Positions 18,641 through 27,368 of a stretch of 64,000 bases of DNA are shown piece after piece. The notes below the pieces were generated by a model. That model did not search any database, was not told the origin of the DNA, and saw only the letters and a program-made list of their open reading frames with translations. How positions within the stretch are numbered: position 1 is the stretch's first letter; each line of letters starts with the position of its first letter. Origin of the DNA: an uncultured Gammaproteobacteria bacterium (GTDB lineage: Bacteria > Patescibacteriota > Microgenomatia > Daviesbacterales > UBA10151). The stretch lies in contig CAYMZD010000001.1 in assembly GCA_964394855.1 (NCBI GenBank), positions 120,107 through 184,106 of the forward strand, given 5' to 3'. Made by a program: the position numbers and the translations under genes.

Positions 18641-19251
18641 TTTCGCCTCCCATCAACCACCAAACCCAACTCTCCTCCGGATATTTCAATAAAATCTTGC
18701 TTTTTCCCGGAAATTTTGGCATTTTCTGATTTGAAGTTAATATGACACCTCTCTTTCACACAGGGAATAATTGTCAGTGAATTTTCCTTAATCAAATAAT
18801 TTCTACCTTCCACACTCAGTTGAAGAAAGTTTTTTCCACCAGGTGTAGAAACGCTAAATTGAGGATTGATAATTGAACCTACTATAAGTTGCTTACCATT
18901 TTCCAACAAAATTACCCTGGTAATATCTTTTGGCTTGAATGCATCAATATATGCCCAAACAATTCTGGGAAGGGAAGAAAACCTACCAATAAAATTTTTA
19001 GGAATCAAAATTCTGCCTTTTTTTTCATCAAAAAAACGATGATCTCTTTTGAGAACCTCACGCAAAATTGCCAAATCCGCCTCCGCATCAAAATCTGTCA
19101 CTGGTGCAGATTGAGGATATAAAATTTTATTGGCTAGATAATTTTCCAAATAATATGGCGGTGGGGTTGATTTTAACCAGGTGGCAAAATCCTCGATGGG
19201 AATTTGATCAAGATCTTTAAATTCTTCAAAAACTCCACCAATCTTGGACAT
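18637..19251 (-). CDS. hypothetical protein
   Basis: 4-bp overlap with the downstream gene and 17-bp gap after rpsR. No motif recognised. Confidence 0.4.
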   Translation of the reverse strand: MSKIGGVFEEFKDLDQIPIEDFATWLKSTPPPYYLENYLANKILYPQSAPVTDFDAEADLAILREVLKRDHRFFDEKKGRILIPKNFIGRFSSLPRIVWAYIDAFKPKDITRVILLENGKQLIVGSIINPQFSVSTPGGKNFLQLSVEGRNYLIKENSLTIIPCVKERCHINFKSENAKISGKKQDFIEISGGELGLVVDGRRK

Positions 19252-19268
19252 GTATAAGATAAAGTGTA

Positions 19269-19487
19269 CTACACCTCTAGAGTGAACGGAAGTAGGGCCA
19301 GATGACGAGCATGCTTAATTTCTCTTGCCAGCGCTCTTTGGTGTTTACTGCACACCCCTGACCTAAGTTTGGGCACAATTTTTCCTCTGGTGGAAACAAA
19401 ACGACGCAAAGTCACTGCATCAGTATAAATAGGTTTAACTTTGTTGTCACAAAAATGGCAACTTTTGCTTTTAGTGCTTTCAGCCAT
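19269..19487 (-). CDS. rpsR: 30S ribosomal protein S18
   Basis: 'CHFCDNKVKPIYTDAVTLRRFVSTRGKIVPKLRSGVCSKHQRALAREIKHARHLALLPF'. Confidence 0.9.
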   Translation of the reverse strand: MAESTKSKSCHFCDNKVKPIYTDAVTLRRFVSTRGKIVPKLRSGVCSKHQRALAREIKHARHLALLPFTLEV

Positions 19488-19502
19488 AGCAATAATTATA
19501 AC

Positions 19503-19970
19503 TTAAAATGGTATATCGTCATCGCCTACAACCTCTTCGTTTTTTTTCTTTGATTTATCTGATGCTTCTGTTGCTACTGGTTCTGCCATGGGTTCAATAA
19601 TACCCTCCTCCATGGGAGTGACCACTTCACCATTACCTTTGGGAGTTAAAATAATCATATCCTCCATCACAATTTCAGTCACCTGGCGAGTTTGACCATC
19701 TTGACCTTCCCAGGATCTGGTTTGAAGTCTCCCAGAGATAAAAACCCGCATTCCTTTTTTAAGCAGTTGATGACAAAGCTCTGCCAGCTTATTCCAAGCC
19801 ACCAGCCTGTGAAAATCTACCTCTTCTTTTTTCTCGCCTTCAGAAACAAAGGTGCGGTTGGTGGCCAGACCAACAGTACAAACTGCAGCTCCATTAGGAG
19901 TGTAACGAAGTTCAGGATCTCTTGTTAAATTACCAATTAGCTCAACTCTATTCCAACTTCGACTTGCCAT
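19503..19970 (-). CDS. ssb: single-stranded DNA-binding protein
   Basis: OB-fold 'NRVELIGNLTRDPELRYTPNGAAVCTVGLATNR' and acidic tail ending in 'DDDIPF'. Confidence 0.9.
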   Translation of the reverse strand: MASRSWNRVELIGNLTRDPELRYTPNGAAVCTVGLATNRTFVSEGEKKEEVDFHRLVAWNKLAELCHQLLKKGMRVFISGRLQTRSWEGQDGQTRQVTEIVMEDMIILTPKGNGEVVTPMEEGIIEPMAEPVATEASDKSKKKNEEVVGDDDIPF

Positions 19971-20252
19971 TTATTTCCTTACCAGTAAATAACGTATAAT
20001 ATCTTCCTCTACTTTTAAACTTTTGTCAAGATCTTTGACCGTCTTTGGCTCTCCCTCCAGTTCAAAATGGACGTAATAACCTTTGGTTTGTTTTTGAATG
20101 GGATAAGCCAGCTCCCTTACTCCCCACAAATCTTCCTTGACCAGCTTACCACCATCTCCGGTGGCTTTTGCCTTGACATTTTCCAAAAGCTTCTGACGAG
20201 CTTCATCGTTTAAATCTGGCTTTAAAACTAAAGTTAAATAATAACTACTCAC
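19971..20252 (-). CDS. rpsF: 30S ribosomal protein S6
   Basis: 'YYLTLVLKPDLNDEA...ELAYPIQKQTKGYYVHFELEG'. Confidence 0.85.
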   Translation of the reverse strand: MSSYYLTLVLKPDLNDEARQKLLENVKAKATGDGGKLVKEDLWGVRELAYPIQKQTKGYYVHFELEGEPKTVKDLDKSLKVEEDIIRYLLVRK

Positions 20253-20289
20253 AGGCTATAATTTTATCAAGAAGGTATTATAAATTCAA

Positions 20290-21003
20290 TTAGGGAATAT
20301 TAACCACAGTTTGACAACTAGAAAGGCCTTCATATAGAAGAACTGTATCCGTGCCTAAACCACCGTCACAATAATCCTCTCCTGCCCCTGGACCACCAAA
20401 CTCTGGTCCTCCAAATAATGTATCGCTACCATTCTCGCCATAAAGATAATCTCTATCAATAGTTGCAGGATCAAAATCAGCAGCACCACCCGTCAAAATA
20501 TCATCTCCATTTCCCCCGAAAAGTGTATCAAGACCTTCATTCCCATCTAAATTATCATTATTATTCCCACCATAGAGTGTATCATTACCACCTCGACCAT
20601 ACAAGCTATCATTACCAATCTCTCCGTACAAGATATCATTACCATCTCCTCCGAGTAAAGTATCATCATCGTTTCCACCATACATGATATCACTGCCCGG
20701 CTCACCCATCATACTGACGAGCCCGTCTTTTCCATCCCCACCATATAGAGTATCATTACCTACCCCCCCACAAATTAAATCATCACCTTTGCCTCCCCAA
20801 ATAATATCATTTCCACCCAAACCCGCAATTATATCATTACCATCTGTGCCTACTATAACATCATCTCCCTCAGTTCCCACTATGGTGGCTACCTGACCTA
20901 CACAAGTAACTGCTGAAGCCCTAACCCGATCAGATGAACCTGCGACCACCAATACCACCCCTACCACTATTATAATTGCCAAAAATACTATAATTCTTCC
21001 CAT
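20290..21003 (-). CDS. secreted/anchored protein with hemolysin-type (RTX) calcium-binding nonapeptide repeats
   Basis: N-terminal hydrophobic anchor, then about 12 tandem GGxGxDxLx repeats ('GGNDIIWGGKGDDLICGGVGNDTLYGGDGKD...'). Confidence 0.7.
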   Translation of the reverse strand: MGRIIVFLAIIIVVGVVLVVAGSSDRVRASAVTCVGQVATIVGTEGDDVIVGTDGNDIIAGLGGNDIIWGGKGDDLICGGVGNDTLYGGDGKDGLVSMMGEPGSDIMYGGNDDDTLLGGDGNDILYGEIGNDSLYGRGGNDTLYGGNNNDNLDGNEGLDTLFGGNGDDILTGGAADFDPATIDRDYLYGENGSDTLFGGPEFGGPGAGEDYCDGGLGTDTVLLYEGLSSCQTVVNIP

Positions 21004-21096
21004 ATAATTTTCTCTATAAGATTAACGTACACTTTTTAACACAACTTGTCAAGACCCAAACTTGCAAATTCAAAAGAAAAATAATAGTATATCTTT

Positions 21097-21408
21097 ATGC
21101 TTGAGATAGGAGAACAACCTCACCACGTTGAATCTGGCACAACCAGCAAACACCCCCTAGGGGAGGCTCTTGGAAGATTAATAAGATATGGCTTTGATGC
21201 GGGGGTTTTCTTTTTTTGTACCACATTAACTATCAGTATTATGGCAGGATCTTTAGGTGCAGGTTTTATAACCTGGAAGATGATTGAAAGCGGAAATCAT
21301 CTATTGGCTGTACCATTTGCCCTGGCAACTGCCGCCGGTGGATGGGCCTCATTGGTATTCTCCCACGGCACAGTACAATACCTAGGAGAACATCTAACTT
21401 TTAGTTAA
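21097..21408 (+). CDS. hypothetical small membrane protein
   Basis: Two to three hydrophobic helices. Divergent from the RTX gene. Confidence 0.3.
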   Translation: MLEIGEQPHHVESGTTSKHPLGEALGRLIRYGFDAGVFFFCTTLTISIMAGSLGAGFITWKMIESGNHLLAVPFALATAAGGWASLVFSHGTVQYLGEHLTFS

Positions 21409-21421
21409 TTGGGCAAAGAAG

Positions 21422-22363
21422 TTAATTACTCACTAAAAATTCAATCACATCCCCATCTTGAACAATGTAATCCTTGCCTTCCGTCCTAATCCAACCCTTT
21501 TTCTTAGCTTCCCCATATGATCCTGCTTCAATCAACTTTTCATATTCTATCACTTGAGCTCTGATAAAATTTTTCATAAAATCAGTATGTATAACGCCGG
21601 AGGCCATTTGGGCATTTGTTCCGGACTTAATAGTCCAGGCACGAACCTCTTTTGGCCCGGCTGTTAAAAAGGAAATTAAACCAAGCAGTTTATATGCAAC
21701 CTTAATTAACCTTTCCAAACCTGTTTGCTCCAAACCCACTGATTTTAAGTACTCAATCCTTTCTTCTTCAGATAAATCCACCAGATCTTCTTCCAGTTTG
21801 GCACATATGACTATCTCACTACCTGTAATCATTTTTTCTCGATCGAGAAATTTTGATTTATATTCTTTTTCACCCACATTGTATACATAAAGCACAGGCT
21901 TCGTGGATAATTTATCATCCACCTTGTCAATATCAGCCAAAGCTAGTTCTGTTTCCACCAGCTCTTTATCTTCTTGGGGATTTACTGAACCACCAGCTCT
22001 AACTACATTTTCATCAGCAAAATCCCTTAACACATGAATTATGGCATCAACTTCTCTAATATGAGACAAGAACTGGTTTCCCAATCCTTCTCCCTTGTGG
22101 GCTCCTTTAACTAAACCGGCAATATCCACAAACTGAACGGTAGCCGGTATTACCGGTGGTAAATGATCCATCTTTTCTTCATTTTTTACTAACTCCCCCA
22201 ATTTCCCCAATCTTTCATCTGGTACAGCAACAACACCAATGTTTGGTTCAACCGTGGCAAAAGGATAATTAGCAGACAAAGCTACTCTTTTTTTCAAAAG
22301 TGCATTAAAAAGTGTAGACTTGCCCACATTAGGAAGGCCCACTATCCCAACTTTTAAACTCAT
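21422..22363 (-). CDS. ychF: ribosome-binding ATPase YchF (Obg-family GTPase with C-terminal TGS domain)
   Basis: P-loop 'VGIVGLPNVGKSTLFNAL' and C-terminal TGS-like 'GVIHTDFMKNFIRAQVIEYEKL...DGDVIEF'. Confidence 0.8.
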   Translation of the reverse strand: MSLKVGIVGLPNVGKSTLFNALLKKRVALSANYPFATVEPNIGVVAVPDERLGKLGELVKNEEKMDHLPPVIPATVQFVDIAGLVKGAHKGEGLGNQFLSHIREVDAIIHVLRDFADENVVRAGGSVNPQEDKELVETELALADIDKVDDKLSTKPVLYVYNVGEKEYKSKFLDREKMITGSEIVICAKLEEDLVDLSEEERIEYLKSVGLEQTGLERLIKVAYKLLGLISFLTAGPKEVRAWTIKSGTNAQMASGVIHTDFMKNFIRAQVIEYEKLIEAGSYGEAKKKGWIRTEGKDYIVQDGDVIEFLVSN

Positions 22364-22384
22364 GGGGATATGATAACAGAAATC

Positions 22385-22837
22385 TTAATTTAAGAGCACT
22401 ATGGATAAGTTTAAAATGGAAGCAAAGCTAACCCAGGCAAGATATGGAATCAAAAGATAAGATGCGGGTTTTGAGATCGGATAAAAAGCTTTGATTGTCA
22501 AAACAATTGCTATCCATAAAGCCACAATATCTACCAAAGCAAGGCTAGGATTTTGCAAGCCAAAAAATATGATTGACCAAACTGCATTTAAAATCAGCTG
22601 TGTCCAAAAAACAGTAGGAACTTTATTTTTTATCCAAACAAGATATAAAGAAATCCCCATTAAAATATAAAGAGTTGTCCAAACAGGTCCAAAAATCCAA
22701 TTTGGAGGGGAAAAGAAAGGTTTGTTTAAGGTAACATACCAAGTTGGAATTGAGGAGAATGTAAAGATTGACCCCACTCCTCCTGCCCCTAAACAAACTC
22801 CAACAGCTAAAATCAGTTTTGGAATATTAATAGGCAT
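22385..22837 (-). CDS. TspO/MBR (tryptophan-rich sensory protein) family membrane protein
   Basis: Five TM helices, Trp-rich, with the signature 'WYVTLNKPFFSPPNWIFGPVWTTLYILMG'. Confidence 0.7.
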   Translation of the reverse strand: MPINIPKLILAVGVCLGAGGVGSIFTFSSIPTWYVTLNKPFFSPPNWIFGPVWTTLYILMGISLYLVWIKNKVPTVFWTQLILNAVWSIIFFGLQNPSLALVDIVALWIAIVLTIKAFYPISKPASYLLIPYLAWVSFASILNLSIVLLN

Positions 22838-22905
22838 TATTTACAGTATACCAGAATCTACCCCCCTCCAAAAACTCTAAATTTTAGGACTTTCTATGTG
22901 GTGAG

Positions 22906-23127
22906 TCACTTTGACAAGCTCAGTGTAAACTCTGTTGAACCAGACTTTTGGGGATAATAGTAAACTGCTGCGCCTTTTCTTTCTTTTCTAATAAACCCTC
23001 TTTTAATTAAGGTATTTCTTAAACTGGCAGTGTGGGGAATATTTAATAATTTGTTTAGTTTAGATGGTCTTATCCCAGGATTTTCCTTGATTATGGAAAG
23101 CATCTTTACCAGCAATTCTTCATTCAT
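22906..23127 (-). CDS. small winged-helix DNA-binding protein (tentative)
   Basis: 73 aa with an HTH-like 'PSKLNKLLNIPHTASLRNTLIKRGFI' segment. Confidence 0.35.
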   Translation of the reverse strand: MNEELLVKMLSIIKENPGIRPSKLNKLLNIPHTASLRNTLIKRGFIRKERKGAAVYYYPQKSGSTEFTLSLSK

Positions 23128-23130
23128 AAT

Positions 23131-23463
23131 TTATGGAATATCATCTTTCGTGGCATCAGTTGTAATCATCTCACCTTTTTTAATGTCGCGGATTGCGACA
23201 TCTGCTTGAATAACATGGTCTGGATTTGTATTCGGATCTCCTGAATGATTAACATATCTTTCCGGTTCTGAGTAAAGATCAATTTGACCACGGTGGATGT
23301 GAGTAAACATCTTTTCGCTTTCAGGTAATTTTTTATAATCTTCTTCTGTTAGGGGTTTAAGGTGATATTTAATAACAACCTCGCCCTTATTAAAATCTCT
23401 ACCTGCATAAACTCCCCTTCCAGCTAAGTTACCTTTACCAATGATTAAGTCACTCATAAGCAA
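23131..23463 (-). CDS. SET-domain protein (putative protein-lysine methyltransferase)
   Basis: 'RYVNHSGDPNT' matches the SET NHSCxPN motif. Upstream 'GRGVYAGRDFNKGEVV' matches the SET N-region. Confidence 0.6.
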   Translation of the reverse strand: MLMSDLIIGKGNLAGRGVYAGRDFNKGEVVIKYHLKPLTEEDYKKLPESEKMFTHIHRGQIDLYSEPERYVNHSGDPNTNPDHVIQADVAIRDIKKGEMITTDATKDDIP

Positions 23464-23717
23464 ATTATACCCCTTTTTTTGTGGGTAATTTCCAGATTAA
23501 GAAATGATCTAGTTCCCAATATTAGGAAAATAATAAATAAAGGTGTATCAAATAGTTTTGCAATAAAGGCAAAAAAGAATAGCAACCCTAAGTAAATTAT
23601 AGAAGGAAGCTTTTCAGATATAAATCTATATATGCATATTTCCACTGCCTTTTTAAGGGTTATAGATCCAGCCATTTTCACAGATTTATTAATGTTAGTA
23701 TATTCGATGTTTCTCAT
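23454..23717 (-). CDS. hypothetical small membrane protein
   Basis: ORF with two hydrophobic segments. Confidence 0.3.
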   Translation of the reverse strand: MRNIEYTNINKSVKMAGSITLKKAVEICIYRFISEKLPSIIYLGLLFFFAFIAKLFDTPLFIIFLILGTRSFLNLEITHKKRGIICL

Positions 23718-23768
23718 AACAAAATGTTAGAAAACAAAAGTATTTAAAGGCAATGGGTATTTTTCCAT

Positions 23769-23794
23769 TAAAAAAGCCCAGCTTCCGCTGGGCT
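23769..23794 (-). terminator. Rho-independent terminator on the minus strand (agcccagc-ggaa-gctgggct then T5)
   Basis: 8-bp GC-rich stem at 23775-23794 followed on the minus strand by TTTTT. About 175 nt downstream of the cupredoxin stop codon. Confidence 0.45.
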
Positions 23795-23971
23795 AAAATT
23801 GCCCTAATATAGTTATTATATCATATTAGAAACTAATTGTAGGGGTGGATTAGATAGGACACCTAGGGATTTTGGCTCACATGGCTCATGGCTCACACAC
23901 CAGGTGTGTGCGGAATAGACACATCGGGATTTTTATCTCATTAAATCAAACTTTTGGGAGAAAACTACCAG

Positions 23972-24253
23972 TTACTCAACTAAAATATTACCCACCATTG
24001 AATCTGCATGGGCACTGCAGTGATAAGGGTATATCCCGTTCCTTTCAAAAACTATTGAATAACTTTCCCCTTTTTTCAAAGCTTTAGAATTTTGGGCAAT
24101 GTAGTAAGTATGCGCCGGATGCGAATCTGTATTTATATAATGCTCTACCCCATCATCATTAATCCATGTCACTTTGGTCCCTTTACTAATTTTGATATTT
24201 TGGGGATCAAACCTAATTTGGGACAACTTTATTTTCTTTCTTTTGTCATCCAT
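23972..24253 (-). CDS. small type-1 copper (cupredoxin/plastocyanin-like) protein
   Basis: C-terminal ligand set 'YHCSAHADSM' (Cys-x2-His-x3-Met) plus an upstream His ('GVEHY'). Confidence 0.55.
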   Translation of the reverse strand: MDDKRKKIKLSQIRFDPQNIKISKGTKVTWINDDGVEHYINTDSHPAHTYYIAQNSKALKKGESYSIVFERNGIYPYHCSAHADSMVGNILVE

Positions 24254-24654
24254 CTGTATAAATTGCCCTTTTCATAACCCTGATGCTCATAATATTCATG
24301 AAGTCCTGGATTTTCTTCCTCCACCAAAATATTCAGTTCTGTATAACCTCTCCTAAACAATTCTCTTTCTGCTCCCTCCATTAAAGCTCTACCTATTCCT
24401 CTATTTCTGTATTCTGGATTAACAGCCAGTCTAAAAATAAAAGCCATACTGCCATCTTCCAATAACCGCACTGTTCCAACTATCCTCTCGGCTTCAGTAG
24501 CTACAAGAATAGATCTTGGGTCTTTAGAAATTTTTTCTGATAATCTTTCTGGAGAATCAAAAGGTTCGTAATATAATCCACCATCCGCAAGTAGCTGTTT
24601 TACTGATTCATAGTCAGTTATTGTATAGCTCCTAATATTATTCTGATTTTGCAT
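24229..24654 (-). CDS. GNAT-family N-acetyltransferase
   Basis: Acetyl-CoA motif 'RNRGIGRALMEGAE'. Confidence 0.7.
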   Translation of the reverse strand: MQNQNNIRSYTITDYESVKQLLADGGLYYEPFDSPERLSEKISKDPRSILVATEAERIVGTVRLLEDGSMAFIFRLAVNPEYRNRGIGRALMEGAERELFRRGYTELNILVEEENPGLHEYYEHQGYEKGNLYRWMTKERK

Positions 24655-24691
24655 ATGGCTGATTATAGCATTTTGAGGCTAGGACAACAAT

Positions 24692-25444
24692 TCAAAGAGG
24701 GGTATCCGGACGCAGAATTTTGACAACACGAGGCTCTATCGGCTTTGCAGGAGGGTGGGAAAAAACTCGAAGAACCGAAATTCTTCTTCTCTTGCACGCT
24801 GCAATATACCCCCACTCAACAAGTGGTTCGGACGAACAATAATCTAGAAACTTTTCCCACTCTTCCTGCTTTAGCAAATGAAATCCCCAATAATGGAAAG
24901 ATGCGCCAGAATTTAAAACAAAGCCTGGACTCCAGCTGCTCATCAATTTAGAAATATCATCCAATTTTTCCTCAGTTGGCTCACATCCAAAATCAAGCAT
25001 TGGTATGTGTGCATACGTTCCATCAGTCAGTTTAATTCGCGAGACTATCCCCATTGCGTAAAAAGGTTTGTATCTTTCAAATCCATCCAAAAGCTTGTCG
25101 ATTTCATCTAGAGGTGGATTAGAAGTTATATGATCTGCCATTTTCCGAAGAAACTTCCCTGTTATGGGCTTTGGCAACTCTTTAACTTCTTGAAAATCAA
25201 TATCTTCCTCAGAAGTCCTGTCAACATTATAAACACCATAAAATAGCTGCTCTATTTCCGGAAATGCTGTCAGAATCTCGAGTAAGATATCCACTGCGGT
25301 GGAACCAATACCAACTCTTTCTGGAACTTTGTATTCTCGCCCTAATTCTGAAAAAGAAAGTTGTGTGGCAACTTGTAGTGGACTTTCTTTACTAACCCCA
25401 GACATATATTGCATATTATCATATGGGCACATTAAAAATCCCAA
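24692..25444 (-). CDS. hypothetical protein
   Basis: 250-aa ORF, Trp-rich C-terminal half, no motif recognised. Confidence 0.35.
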   Translation of the reverse strand: MGFLMCPYDNMQYMSGVSKESPLQVATQLSFSELGREYKVPERVGIGSTAVDILLEILTAFPEIEQLFYGVYNVDRTSEEDIDFQEVKELPKPITGKFLRKMADHITSNPPLDEIDKLLDGFERYKPFYAMGIVSRIKLTDGTYAHIPMLDFGCEPTEEKLDDISKLMSSWSPGFVLNSGASFHYWGFHLLKQEEWEKFLDYCSSEPLVEWGYIAACKRRRISVLRVFSHPPAKPIEPRVVKILRPDTPL

Positions 25445-25453
25445 GTCAATTAC

Positions 25454-26485
25454 TTATTCACCTTTTAGAAACTTGTCAAAAAAGGAAACGGAGCGGGACA
25501 TGGCAGTTGAAAAATTACCTGACAAGTTATGGTCATCGCCCTCATAGGTATAAAGCTTAACTTCTTTTCCCACCTTTTTCATCTGTTCTAGGAGCTTTTG
25601 GGAAAAAGCCACCGGCACAGAGCTGTCCCCTGTCCCGTGGTGAAGCTGCAATGGTCCTGAAATATCAGATAAATAGGAATTAGCAGAAAGGGAATTCCAA
25701 AACTGCGGGTTTTGACCTGGCTCGCCAAATTGCTCAACCAAACTTTGTCTCCAACTACTTCTGACTCCCGGAGGTGGGGTAAAGCTTCTTCTTCGCCAAT
25801 TGTAAAAAAGGTCTTCATATGAGGCCACCACCCCTGCCCAAATCACACCTGCCTTGACATCTTTGGAAATAACCATGATCCGAAGTGTCAAAAATCCGCC
25901 CAAAGAATGCCCCCACATACCGACTTTTTGCGGATTAACACCTGCATATTTTTTAATTGAAGAGACTGCATTTAAAACATCAATTGTATATCCGTTTGAA
26001 CCATATGCTCCTGCGGGTTGACCCTCGGAATTTCCATGTCCGCGGTAATCGGGTTTAAAAACTACATATCCGCTCCTGGCAAAACCGTCAACGTAAGAAA
26101 CATACCGCTCAATGGTTTTATATTCTGTGGGTGGAATGTAACCATGATTAAAAATAATGGCCGGGAAGCCGCCCTCCGGCAAAGTAGCATTGGGAACAGT
26201 CAACAAAGCATAAATTTTTAGTCCTTCTGATTTATATGAGGCAATATAGCGTTTGTAATTTGTGCCACTGTCCAAAGTCTCTTCAATGACAATATCGGAG
26301 GCTGGATATTGACCTTTTCGAAGTGATTCTATGGAAAGTGAGTGTGGCTCACTAGTTAGCTCTCCCTCGCCTCCGGGCAGATTAAACTGCTGTATCGGCG
26401 CTTTGCTAAAAAACCCGTTTTTACCTGCCAAAATGCCCGCACCCAATAAAATGATAATAAAAAATAGAACAAGGGGTTTCTTCAT
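25454..26485 (-). CDS. secreted alpha/beta-hydrolase (S9 prolyl-oligopeptidase/dienelactone-hydrolase-like)
   Basis: Signal peptide, nucleophile elbow 'GMWGHSLGG', and a C-terminal Asp/His region ('HHGTGDSSVP'). Confidence 0.7.
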   Translation of the reverse strand: MKKPLVLFFIIILLGAGILAGKNGFFSKAPIQQFNLPGGEGELTSEPHSLSIESLRKGQYPASDIVIEETLDSGTNYKRYIASYKSEGLKIYALLTVPNATLPEGGFPAIIFNHGYIPPTEYKTIERYVSYVDGFARSGYVVFKPDYRGHGNSEGQPAGAYGSNGYTIDVLNAVSSIKKYAGVNPQKVGMWGHSLGGFLTLRIMVISKDVKAGVIWAGVVASYEDLFYNWRRRSFTPPPGVRSSWRQSLVEQFGEPGQNPQFWNSLSANSYLSDISGPLQLHHGTGDSSVPVAFSQKLLEQMKKVGKEVKLYTYEGDDHNLSGNFSTAMSRSVSFFDKFLKGE

Positions 26486-26510
26486 TTTCTGTTATTGCCA
26501 GAAGTATATA

Positions 26511-27287
26511 TTAGTCGGCGTAAATGACAAAGGTGAATAATTTGTTCCCCAAACCAAAATCCCTTTCAAAAACTGCTACACGACCCTGTTTTTTAACTAA
26601 TTCTCCCCACTCCGAGGGATTATTAAAGTTGCCTTGACCCGGGCGTAGAAGTGTTTGACTAAGAGTTGTACTAGCGTCAAGATGAGCATAAATTAATTCC
26701 AACTCATCGTAATCATGTTGATTAGGATGCTGATTGGTTTCCGGATTACTGGTATAGTCCATACAGCTGCCTAAATTGGCATTGTCAAAATTTACGTCCT
26801 GATGGTCCAACCCCAAAGTATGACCCACCTCCTGGCACATCACCAGATTACGCCAGGGAGTAGTATTGTAGGTTGAAGTATTAAAATAAGTATCATTTAC
26901 TTTGGTCACCCCTTGCACAATGTGCAGGTTGCTATTAACCCAAATTTGCGCCAGACCCAGCCAGCCGTTATTTCCATAGTTGGAGTTGCATACTTCCACC
27001 CGGCCCGAAGTTGCTCGGCAATTACGGGCTTTGGTGCCACCAGGCACAATTGTGGTATCCAAAACAGAAGAAAGACTCCAATCAAAAGAAGTAGTAGCAA
27101 GAATTGGGTCCCAGACCGAAGAAAGATTATCGCCTAATTTCAAATTAAAAGGATTAACAGTCCTGGCCCAATGATAACCGCCCCAGGAGTGGCTGGCAGA
27201 GGCAGTGGCAGGAAGAAAGACACTCAAAACAATTGCCGCGACAAACAAAAATAAAGCCGGAATAAGCTTGGAGCGAATATTATGCAT
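26511..27287 (-). CDS. secreted metzincin-like zinc metalloprotease with variant motif
   Basis: Signal peptide. 'CQEVGHTLGLDHQD' fits HExxHxxGxxH except that the first His is Gln. Confidence 0.5.
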   Translation of the reverse strand: MHNIRSKLIPALFLFVAAIVLSVFLPATASASHSWGGYHWARTVNPFNLKLGDNLSSVWDPILATTSFDWSLSSVLDTTIVPGGTKARNCRATSGRVEVCNSNYGNNGWLGLAQIWVNSNLHIVQGVTKVNDTYFNTSTYNTTPWRNLVMCQEVGHTLGLDHQDVNFDNANLGSCMDYTSNPETNQHPNQHDYDELELIYAHLDASTTLSQTLLRPGQGNFNNPSEWGELVKKQGRVAVFERDFGLGNKLFTFVIYAD

Positions 27288-27368
27288 TCTTATACACTAT
27301 TACAAATTACCCTTTCGATGTCAATCCCTCGTAGAAAATTACTCTTTAGTAATATGGATGAACTTGGG

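Noticed and set aside
20463-20896. His/Tyr-rich and Pro/Ser-rich + strand ORFs (74 and 70 aa)
   Set aside because: They are frame-shifted or antisense readings of the RTX nonapeptide repeat DNA. The low complexity comes from the repeat.
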